DNA of 64,000 bases, taken from Salisapilia sapeloensis CBS 127946. Lineage: Eukaryota; Protista; Oomycota. Numbering within the stretch: the first letter of the stretch is position 1; every line of letters starts with the position of its first letter. The stretch lies in contig JAADVB010000068.1 in NCBI GenBank assembly GCA_023334545.1, positions 13,468 to 77,467 on the forward strand, in the 5' to 3' direction. The notes under the pieces were generated by a model. The model was not told where the DNA came from, made no database searches, and saw nothing but the letters and a program-made list of their open reading frames with translations. Position numbers and translations under genes: made by a program. Shown here piece after piece: positions 33,982 to 44,124 of the stretch.

Positions 33982-36680
33982 CTATTCTCCCTTGGCTTTC
34001 TTCTGTTTCGACGTGTCTTTCGCACCACTCTTACGCTTCGATCTTCTCGTCGAAGATTTCTTCGGAGCTTCCACGACTTCCTCCGCTTCCTCCATCTCGA
34101 CGACTACAGGCGATTCGGTCTGCTCCTCTTCTTGAGGGAATAAATTTTTCATCGATACGATGCTAAAGTCGACCAGATATGACTTTTGCAGCATCCGATC
34201 GAGACGCTGGAAGTGACGCTCATTGTACGCGATCAAGGCCTGGAGTGTCATGTGCAGCTGCTCCAACTGCGTCCATCTCGTCGGCGGAATTTCTCGCAGA
34301 AGCGTCGAGAAGAGCACTTGGCAGATACTACTGTGTCGCGCATTCGTGTTCCAGTCCTTGGCCCACGTCAAGAGCGTCGTCAGTTGCTCATCCGACAGAC
34401 TATTCACTACAGGCGCAAAGATATCTTCCGGTGTAAACGCATCCGGATCAATCTTCCCACCGTCCGGTAGACTCGGGTAGTCTCGTCCTCGAGGTCCTTC
34501 GAGCAAGTCACGTAAGATCTGGAGCATCCGGTGCGGGTATCCTAGGTCAAACGCTAGTTGAACGGCATCCAACAGCTTGTCGTTACGAAGGCAATTGGAT
34601 AGCTGCTGCTCCTTTAACACCTTTTCATCCTCCTCCTTCTGCTTCTCATCTTGCTCTTGCGCCGTAAAGTCATGCCACAAATGGATGGTCGAGTCACTCC
34701 CGCCACTCGCAATCTCTGAGCTGTCCTTTGTCGCTGCTAAAGCCCAGATCTTATCTTCATGCTCATCTAACGTCGCCTCACACTCGTTGCTGCGGATCGT
34801 CCAGAGCTTAAGTAGACCGTCGGCACCTGCAGACACGAGCTGCATACCAGCACAGACGAATTGGACACCTAGTACTGATGCCGTATGCCCTTCAAACGTC
34901 TTGAGACAAGTAAAGTCCTTGGCACTCCACAGCTTAATCGTTCGGTCGCCACTAGCAGACGCGAGACATTGATCGACGGGAGAGAATTCGACCGCCCACA
35001 CGCCACGCTTGTGGCCTTGACACGTACCTGCGAGCGTCAAGACGTTGCTTCCTTGCTGCGGCACGGCGTTCCATACTTTAATCGTCTTATCCTGAGAAGC
35101 ACTAGCGATGAACCGATCATTCGGTGCGACTGCAAGAGCGTTAATGTCCTTGTCATGCGCCTTGGCTGCTCCCATCGTCGATAGAGTCAGCTGATCGACC
35201 GACTGCTTGCCCGAGTACGCTGACGCGAGAGCCTTGAGACTCCACATCTTGAGCGTCTTATCGGAACTACCAGTTACGAAGAAGGAGGCTCCGAGGGAAT
35301 AGTTACTCGCCTTCTGGGAGATCGCGACAGCAGCTAAAGACTCAGTATGGCCAGTAGCTGTACCAACGCATTTTCGATTCTCGACGTCCCAGAGCTTGGC
35401 TGTACGGTCTTTCGAGGCACTTACGAGCCATTTGCCATCAGGAGACACGGATAAAGCCATGACAATGTCCGTGTGTCCAGACAGAAGCTCACAGGAAAGT
35501 GTCGAACGATTCAAGAGACGGATCTCTTCGCTGTTGGTCGCAACTGCCAACTGATCGGACGCAGAGCCATCCGCATGAGGGATGTACTTGAGATTAAGAA
35601 TGTCATCGTTGTACCCGATGATCTGAGCTGTTCTATCTAACGAATCATTGAAGACTAAAAAGTTCTGCTGCGACGTCACGGCGATAAGCATCGAGCGACT
35701 GGTGTCAAGCACTAAAGCAGAGAACTGCAGACCATCTGACTCGGCTTCACGCGTGTACTGCACGGTGCATCCACTGTCGTCATACTTCCACATACGCAGT
35801 TGACCACTGTCCCCAGCCGTGACAAAGTGAATCCCTTCGTCCTGCACGATGGAGAAACTGGACGGAAGTACTTGGATGCCTTCTACGCCTTCATGCACCA
35901 AGACCGTGTGCTGTAGTTTATTATCGCGCAAGTCCCAGAAATTCACCACTTTATCGCGACCAGACGTGAGCATTGTGTATCCGTCTTGAGAGAACGCGAC
36001 GCACGTTGCTGGACTCATGTGCTCTTCGATGCAAGCCCATTCGCGTTGGGAGTAGAGATCCCAAATACGCACAGTCGTGTCGTCACTGCAGGATACGAGC
36101 AAAAGTTTATTCGGATCAGGATGGAACGTCACATTCGTCACGATTGCAGAGTGCTTGCGGAAGCTATGGGTGCAGTAGCCTTTGTCAATGTCGAAGACAC
36201 GGACGCTACGATCACTACCACCAGTAGCAAGCAACGTGCCGGTCGGATCAAAGGTTAGTGCTAACGCTGGTGTCTCATGTGCCTTGATAGTCTTAATGCA
36301 AGTAAACGTCTCGAGATCCCAGAGTCGTAGCAACAGGTTGCGACCAGCAGTCACGAGCTGATTGTGCTTAGGTCGCACCGTGAACGTCACAAACGCTTCT
36401 TTCTGCTCTTCCTATCGTTGCAATTAGTATTCGAGGCATGCATGGATAGTATAAGCTGGCATACGTCTTCGACATCTTGCTGAAGCGTACGCTGGAGTTC
36501 ACCAGTGGCAGCATCGAGGATAGCGACGTCGTCATGGAGCATACAAGCAATGCGAGATTCACCATCACGCTCATATGTTTCGACTTTGCCACCAGTGTAG
36601 ATGCCACGATGGCTTTTGTCCACTTTCCAGCTCTTGGAGAGCCCAGAGCGAGTTGAGTAGCTCCCAGCGTCAGTACTCAT
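33982..36680 (-). CDS. UTP13: U3 snoRNP protein UTP13 / transducin beta-like 3 (WD40 repeats plus Utp13 C-terminal domain); 2 exons
   Basis: IYTGGK N-terminus, QIIGYNDDILNLKY, AVATNSEEIRL, AHDKDINALAVAPND, GHKRGVW, WNTNARH. One intron near 36412-36464. Confidence 0.93.
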
Positions 36681-37766
36681 GGTATTGTGTTGTGGGAGGT
36701 GTCAGCCAACCGAGGTGGATCTTGAAGGGTTGTAATCTGATATTCTTACCCTTTGGTCGTTTCGGCTTTTGCTTTCACAGGGTTCCTATAGAGGAGGTAG
36801 CTAGGTGGTAGAGATTTATATGACTGGACGAACTAGATCGTCTGGACTTAGTACGGAGTTCCATTGGAAATGGTGTTGAGTGTAGTGGAAAGTAGCTGCT
36901 GGAAATGGGAGTCGAGTGTGATGAAAGACTTTCATTTGGAAATTTAAGTGCTAATGTACTCTGCTTTGGTCTTCAAAGCGTGTCTCGAATGGTGGCAACT
37001 TATTATAGAATGGGAAAGTATAACTGCAGACTTGGATGGCAAGACTACTTCCCAACAGAAGAGGCGGAATTGAGTGTGTATGAGTCTGTCCATAGTATCG
37101 AATCAGACGCCGGTAAGCTCCAAGGAAAGCATTCAGCGAAACGAACTATCGAGAGAGCGATTCCAAATCTAGGCAGTCCACTATCTCTATCTATTTATTT
37201 ATCTATTCATCGTGTCGTGAGGATGGAGGCTGGAACAACTATCGATCTCGTGGATCTGCATGAACTCTTCTTGCAATGAAACCATTTCCATTGCAGTTGC
37301 TACCCTCTGCTTTTATAAGCAAGCTCGCTCTTCTTCAAGTAGTTTCTTGTGCTCTCTATCGTAGCAAGCCCATACTTGTTCAAGGTAGACGACGATGGGC
37401 AGCAGCTTCAAACCGACATCAGGTCATGCGCTTGTTCCGACCATCTGTGAGGCAGAGTTCTGCACGTATCAATCACAAACGAGCCACAGCGATATATCAC
37501 ACCGACTTATGTGTTTTCCGACGATATCTGGGGAAAGATCATCGTCATATCTAAGTATCTGATGGTATGTAGACGATACGGAGATGAATGGAAACTTGGA
37601 TCCCATTAACGCAGTTCAGTAATGATCAATAACCCTGTCATCGATGATGTGCAAATGCTGTTCGCGAAGAAGGCGTGGTTGAATATGGGATGCACCAAAC
37701 GATAGTCACAACTACGGATGGATGGTACTTCAGTAGTTTATTATCCAATTTACGCACTGCCTCGCA

Positions 37767-39125
37767 ATGTCCGTTGCCAAGGAGAAACGCCGGTTCCCAG
37801 GTTTCCACGAGAACTTGATCGCGCCCAAAATATGCTACGCGCTAACGACCGGCGGAACAGCTTCGCTTCTGAACTATTTAGCTGTCTTTGCGCAAAATGT
37901 GCTAAACATCTCGCCCATGGGTATTGCTCAAATTCAAGTCGTACGCTATATATGTGCCACGGTCGCACCGGCATTTTGGGGAGCCGTCGCAGATTACTTT
38001 GACAACCAGCGTCTTGTCCACGTCTTGACGGCTCTCTCCGGTGTCTCTCTCCTCACACTCATCCAATTCGCAACGTCAATGGAAAGCGCTCTGCTACTTA
38101 TCTTCTTCGGCTATATTCTCTTCAATGCTACCGGCTCTCTCCTCGACACCTCAGTGCTCCACTTGGTTAGGAAAGTTGGAGGTGACTACGGCAAGCAACG
38201 GCTATGGGGTGCACTAGGCTACGGCGTATTCACGTATATGACAGGTGCACTGGTGGAGGTCTACGGCCTCACTGCACCGTTCAATGTATGCTTCGTCCTG
38301 ACCATCCTTGGCCTATGCTTCCTCACGTTTATCCCTGCGCCCAAGAAGAGTGACCACGTCAACAGAACGAATGAACGCTCCACGTTGCTCGAATCTGGAG
38401 AAGAAGAACACCACGTGCCGACCTTGATGGAAGGCATTAAATTACTATCGAAGAAGACAGATGTCATGATGCTACTCTGTGCCGTGTACTTCATGGCCAT
38501 CCTCTTTGGTGTCCTCACAAGCTTCTTGACGCTCAACCTGTACAACTTGTCCGGTGGAAGCCCACAAATTGTCGGCATTGCAATCCTCATGGAAAACATT
38601 AGCGAGCTTCCCACCTTCTTCTACGCCCAACAGTTGATCGACAGACTCGGCACGGTCAAGGTTCTTCTCATGGCTGCTGCTGCCTACTTCTTACGTATCA
38701 CGTACTACGCTATCATGCCCAACGCATGGTCTGCTCTTCCGTTTGAAATGCTTCATGGCATTTCCTTTGGCTTTGCCTACATTGCGACGATGCAGTACGT
38801 CTACGCTCGTGCACCTGCTGGCTGCGAAGCTACTGCCATGGGTATCCTCAACGGTGTCCAAATGGGCTTTGGCTGTGCAACTGGAACGCTCATGGGCGGG
38901 TACCTCTACCAGAACTATGGCCCACGCACGATGTGGTGGATCATGGACTCGGGCGTGATCATCGCCGTGATCTTCATCTTGGCATTCGGTCGCGCAAAGA
39001 GCAAGATCGAGGAAGAAGAAGCAAAGAAGGACATGCCAGAAGCAAATGAGCTCGTGTCTCCAGCTAACACCGGTTTAAGTCTCACTTCGCCACGATTCTC
39101 TGGAGAGTCCTTTGCTCATAACTAG
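37767..39125 (+). CDS. Major facilitator superfamily transporter (MFS_1-like/MFSD6 type), intronless
   Basis: About 12 hydrophobic segments; YGKQRLWGALGYG, SELPTFF, FEMLHGISF, ATAMGILNGVQMGFG. Confidence 0.88.
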   Translation: MSVAKEKRRFPGFHENLIAPKICYALTTGGTASLLNYLAVFAQNVLNISPMGIAQIQVVRYICATVAPAFWGAVADYFDNQRLVHVLTALSGVSLLTLIQFATSMESALLLIFFGYILFNATGSLLDTSVLHLVRKVGGDYGKQRLWGALGYGVFTYMTGALVEVYGLTAPFNVCFVLTILGLCFLTFIPAPKKSDHVNRTNERSTLLESGEEEHHVPTLMEGIKLLSKKTDVMMLLCAVYFMAILFGVLTSFLTLNLYNLSGGSPQIVGIAILMENISELPTFFYAQQLIDRLGTVKVLLMAAAAYFLRITYYAIMPNAWSALPFEMLHGISFGFAYIATMQYVYARAPAGCEATAMGILNGVQMGFGCATGTLMGGYLYQNYGPRTMWWIMDSGVIIAVIFILAFGRAKSKIEEEEAKKDMPEANELVSPANTGLSLTSPRFSGESFAHN

Positions 39126-39176
39126 GTCTAGAAAAGAAGCAAAAGTATCTTCTGAATCAAACAACATTGGCGTTTA

Positions 39177-40796
39177 TTAACTCTCGATCAGTGCTTTCAA
39201 GCTTTCAATAGCCATGCCAATGCCACTAATGACGATGATGATCGCCATGGATGCGATTACAAGTGACGGGCAGCGGTACTTTTGAACTAAGCGTAAGAGA
39301 ACCACTTGACCGAGCAACGTGAGCAGTAGTCCCATGGGGAACGTCCATCGAGCGTAGTGGAAATCCATCACACCCATCAGCATATAGTTCACGGAAGACA
39401 CTATGTACATCATTAAGCATATAAAAGCCCTACTTATAGATGTAGACGTACTTCCGCTGGAGAAGAGGACCGTGACGGCAGTCATGGCGGATGCAGCTGC
39501 AGGATCGACGCCTAGTTCCAGGAGTAGTGGCGCGTTGATGATACCACCTCCGATGCCAAACATCCCGGCAATGGATCCAGCACCAAGGCAGTACCATGGA
39601 AACGATCGAACGGTCCGAGGCGACCACTAGATGCATCTAATCAGCTTCATGCTGCCAGTTTAGGAGGACATGAACGTACCTGGATTTCATCTCTTGATAA
39701 GACGTACTGCGGGTTCTGTTGCTGTTGGAAGGTGCTGACAATATTCTTTAACGAGTAGTGACTGAAGACAAGTAGCAGTATCAACGGCATGAAAGCAAGG
39801 AACGGATAGAAGAATGAGTTCTGGGACAGACCGATTGGACTAGCAAAGCCTGGACCTCCTGTAAGCACTCGAAGCAAGACGATGCCTGCAAAGAGTCCGA
39901 ACAAGTACCCGACTTTCTTCCATGGCACATCTGCTCGGTAGTTGATGTTGTAGCTATCTACTGAAGGCTGCGAAGCGACACCTAAGAGATACGAAGTGTC
40001 CGACGTCTTGCGTCCGCAGCAGCGCCAGTCTTCCTGACGGATGGCATAGTATGCCTTGAGGCAAGTGCGGTAGCCAGCATAACCGAGGAAACCTACGAGC
40101 ATGAAGCACAGCATCCATGCAGGCATCAACGAGTTGATCAGGACGCCAATACTAGCTCCCACTATCGAATAGGAGTTACTATAACAAGCACGGAGATAGA
40201 TAAGAGGTAGATGTACTTAGAAGCAGAGGTTGCATGGCGAGGATGACGTCCCAGTCAATTAGTGATTTGGCTGAGTACGGTCTCGCTCGCTTCACGTTCA
40301 GAATGAAGTTACCAATCGCTATACCGAATGGATAAATACGTGTTTATAGATATGTCTATGGGGCTTTTGCAATACCTCCACCAACGATCGTAATACTGGA
40401 TATTGGGAATGCAGTCTAGTAGACATGAGCTCAATCTCTTTTGATACTAGGATTACATCGACTTACTTTGGGCGCTAGACCGATGATTAGCATGTAGATC
40501 GGGTCGAGGACGCCACCACCTCCCGTGCCTCCACCTGCAGCAATGAACACAATCAACCCAGCGACAGAGATCCCTACAATGTCCCTCGTCAAGTTATTCT
40601 CTTGCTTTTCCTCAATCGGAGCAAAGGGATTCCCAGGGATCACGGTCGTTGGGGTAGGCACATCCGTCTCTGGTTCAGTCGCAACTGATGCCAACGCTCT
40701 TGCATCTCCAAGAGCTACTTGCCCCTTAAACACAGTCTGTGCCTGGACACTGCATACGGCCAGTAGCATACACTTGAGCCAGAACGAGACTCCCAT
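39177..40796 (-). CDS. TauE/SafE (sulfite exporter, DUF81) family membrane protein; 6 exons
   Basis: AAGGGTGGGG, LIDWDVILAMQP, AGMFGIGGGIINAPLLLELG; N-terminal signal-like segment. Five GT-AG introns. Confidence 0.88.
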
Positions 40797-41362
40797 CGTC
40801 GCAATTCGATTTATGATTCCTTATTCCGTACTAGGATTTCGTCTATCCGAAACGCTTTTTTACCCATTTGACTTGACCTTTGTATCCACTACCAAACGTC
40901 ATGCTGCTTTTATCGTTTTATTGGATGCCAGAGATACAGTGTCAAGCATCGATGTTCTCACTCCTTTAAGAAAGCTCCGACAAGCTTTTACTCGCTCGAA
41001 CACCCACAACGGATTGTATCTAGTTCTCTTTCATAAGACCTTTAGATACCCGTTCAGTATCGCCTCTTCCACATACTCAGCGGCAGAAACGATACGACCT
41101 AGACTATATAACTCTTTAGTGAAACCTGCAGCGTAGATAGATCGTATCTGACTGCTTGAACACGACGACATGGCTGTACTTACCGCATCCGACAGCATCT
41201 CGAATCAGACGATTGCCCAGGAAGAAATCGAATTGGTTTATTTTTCTTATACGAGACACTGCTGTCAACGGTTGTTTTGATTTTGTTGGCCAAGAGCGTT
41301 TGGACATCGTCTCTAAGTCCCTCGCGTGTCCAGTCTATTGCCTACCAAGGTCCAGAGAGAGG

Positions 41363-42476
41363 ATGGAACGGTATCAGAAGCTGGAGAAAGTAGGAGAAGG
41401 TACCTATGGTGTCGTCTACAAGGCGAAAGACCGCGTCACGGGCGAAGTCATTGCGCTCAAGAAGATTCGGCTCGAAGCCGAAGATGAAGGCATTCCGTCG
41501 ACTGCGATAAGAGAAATCTCGCTGTTGAAAGAACTGCAGCATCCGAACGTCCTTCGGCTTTATAACATCGTACACACCGAACGCAAGCTCACCCTTGTCT
41601 TTGAGTACCTCGATCAGGACTTGAAAAAGTATCTCGACGTGTGCGAAAAAGGGCTTGATAAGCCCATCATGAAGGTACATTCGACCTCTCCTGCGTACAT
41701 TCTAGTCGCTAATCTGTGGAGTATCTAGTCATTCTTGTATCAGCTACTCCGAGGCATTGCTTATTGCCATGAACATCGCGTCTTGCATCGGTATGGTCCA
41801 TCCCTTTGCGAGCGTCCTGTCCTCTGTTAACAATTGTTGTTAATACAGAGACCTAAAACCTCAGAACCTCTTAATCAACCGCGAAGGAGAGCTCAAACTA
41901 GGCGACTTTGGCCTCGCAAGAGCCTTTGGCATCCCCGTCCGAAGGTACATTCCTTCCTATCAAGCTCAAGAATATCCTATTCAACCATATTCTCCACCAT
42001 AGCTACACACATGAAGTGGTAACACTATGGTACCGTGCACCAGACGTCCTCATGGGTTCTCGAAAGTACTCGACACCAGTAGACATCTGGAGTGTCGGCT
42101 GCATCTTTGCCGAAATGGCGAATGGCGGTCCACTCTTTGCTGGCACGTCGGAAGCAGACCAGCTTGATCGTATCTTTCGGCTCTTGGGCACACCGACGCC
42201 AGAGATCTACCCTGGCGTCGTCGATCTACCAGACTATCGTGTACTAGACTAGTTCCTCATCGACTTTCTATCAAGCTCTAACGATTCGTATAGAGGAACT
42301 TCCCAGAGTACCCGCCACCCGAGTCACTGAATCACTTGGTCCCGACACTGGACGACGACGGCGTCGACTTGTTGGAACAAATGCTCCGGTACGACCCATC
42401 GAAGCGTATTGCGGCCGTGGATGCGATGAACCATCCGTTTTTCCAAGACCTCTCACCTGTCCTCATGGACAATTAA
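41363..42476 (+). CDS. PSTAIRE cyclin-dependent kinase (cdc2/CDK-type); 5 exons
   Basis: [57 protein letters not shown]. Four GT-AG introns. Confidence 0.96.
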
Positions 42477-42529
42477 CCCAAACCCACACGATGTCGTCTC
42501 CGTCCCTCTTTGTCGTTCTTAGTAGAGAG

Positions 42530-42587
42530 TTTTCATAGTTTTTCATAATTTTCATATCCTTTCATAGTTTTCATAGTCTTTTCACAG
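42530..42587. repeat. Imperfect tandem repeat, six copies of TTTCA(T/C)A core, period 9-10 nt
   Basis: ttttcatagt ttttcataat tttcatatcc tttcatagt tttcatagtc ttttcacag, read directly. Confidence 0.75.
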
Positions 42588-42692
42588 GAGATAAGACACT
42601 TTTCTTAGAACTTTCTTTCAACACATACGACCGACTTCGGTCGTTACAGCGTCTGGCATAGACGCACTCTGCTCTCGTCCATCTTATACGTC

Positions 42693-42706
42693 TCACTTGC
42701 CACTTT
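42693..42706 (+). promoter_or_regulatory. Inr+FPR-like core promoter motif TCACTTGCCACTTT
   Basis: Close to the oomycete YCAYTYYNCAWTTY pattern, 11 nt upstream of ATG 42718. Confidence 0.4.
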
Positions 42707-42717
42707 TCTCTCTCTTC

Positions 42718-44124
42718 ATGGGTTCCCGAGATCTCTTCTTCGTTCACGTGCCATCCACGGTCGTGAATGACGGAGGTTATATCGTGTCCGCGAAACTAGC
42801 CAAGGAGATTCATGGCGAACTCGAAGGCGAAATGAACTTCCAAAAGCTCCTAGATACGATTCTCATACGAGATCTACAGGTTCGGGAGCCGAAATGGTCC
42901 AAATTTCTCGATTCAGATGAACTCGAAGTGAAATTCGCCGTCCCAGGAGACCGGACGGAGCACGTGTTAAACCACTTGCTCAGTCTCGGCATCGGAGACG
43001 AATATGGGAGTATCTGGCTCTCGTCGCTCGAAGCATGTCGCCCGAGACTCGTTTCTCCCTTGCAAGAGAACACGACTATGGATAAACAGTTCATGGATTC
43101 TGTTAAAGCACGTATGATCGTTGACAAAGTCGTCGAGATGGCAAGAGCTTCGTCTGCCTTCAGTTTCGACTACGTCTCGCTCGTCATCTGCGCTAGTCTC
43201 ATTGCTCTATTCGGTCTCGCATACAATAATGTCGTCGTCATCGTCGCCTCCATGCTCGTGTCGCCGATCATGGGACCAATCGTCGCGCTCACGTTCGGTG
43301 CTATTGTCCGAGACATGAAGCTCGTGAAAACCGGTTTGATCAATGAAGCTGTCAGTCTACTTCTGTGTATTGCCATCGGATACGTCTTTGGACTCATGAT
43401 GATGCCATACGGACATCAGCTTACGCTTCCAAACCCGGAAATGCTGTCCAGAGGCGAACCAAAAGGTCTCATCCTCGGTCTCTTAGTAGCCATTCCCTCT
43501 GGCGTTGGTGTCGCTCTCTCGATCCTCGGGAATAACACCAGCAGTCTCGTCGGTGTCGCTATCTCTGCCAGTCTGCTACCGCCGGCAGTGAACACAGGAC
43601 TGCTGTTGGCCGTAGCGACCGTGAACGACTTTGAACCGGCGGGAGATGCTCTCATGCAAGCGCTTTATAGTCTCCTCATTACGCTCATCAATATCGTCGT
43701 CATTATCATCATGGCCTTTGGTATGTTCAAACTTAAGGAAGTGGCGCCGTTCCCTGGTAAAACGAGATTCTGGAAGGAAGACGTCAAGCTCTCGAGAGAG
43801 TACCATCAAGTGCTTAAAGGTAACGAGGCACAGCAGGTCGCGGAACGCATCCGACAGTTCGTTCCGCAGCTACAGAACGATCCGGAAATCCAGGAAGCGA
43901 ATGAATACCCGCCACAATCCACATGGGAGCACTACGTCTCGTATGGAGCTCAGCGACACCATGTCAATCGCCAGTCGAGTCTCATGGCGCTGTTTGAAGA
44001 ACCGTCCGTGGAGGAGACGCCAGTGGGGAGGGACCACGCGAATGGCTTTGGCAAACCTGCGTCGACGACGTCAACGTCGCAAACCGCTCGTTTCCGTGAA
44101 AGCTCGGCGGAACGACAAGTGTAG
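42718..44124 (+). CDS. DUF389 family multi-pass membrane protein, intronless
   Basis: VVIVASMLVSPIMGPIVAL, GVAISASLLPPAVNTG, LLITLINI. First ATG at 42718. Confidence 0.88.
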   Translation: MGSRDLFFVHVPSTVVNDGGYIVSAKLAKEIHGELEGEMNFQKLLDTILIRDLQVREPKWSKFLDSDELEVKFAVPGDRTEHVLNHLLSLGIGDEYGSIWLSSLEACRPRLVSPLQENTTMDKQFMDSVKARMIVDKVVEMARASSAFSFDYVSLVICASLIALFGLAYNNVVVIVASMLVSPIMGPIVALTFGAIVRDMKLVKTGLINEAVSLLLCIAIGYVFGLMMMPYGHQLTLPNPEMLSRGEPKGLILGLLVAIPSGVGVALSILGNNTSSLVGVAISASLLPPAVNTGLLLAVATVNDFEPAGDALMQALYSLLITLINIVVIIIMAFGMFKLKEVAPFPGKTRFWKEDVKLSREYHQVLKGNEAQQVAERIRQFVPQLQNDPEIQEANEYPPQSTWEHYVSYGAQRHHVNRQSSLMALFEEPSVEETPVGRDHANGFGKPASTTSTSQTARFRESSAERQV

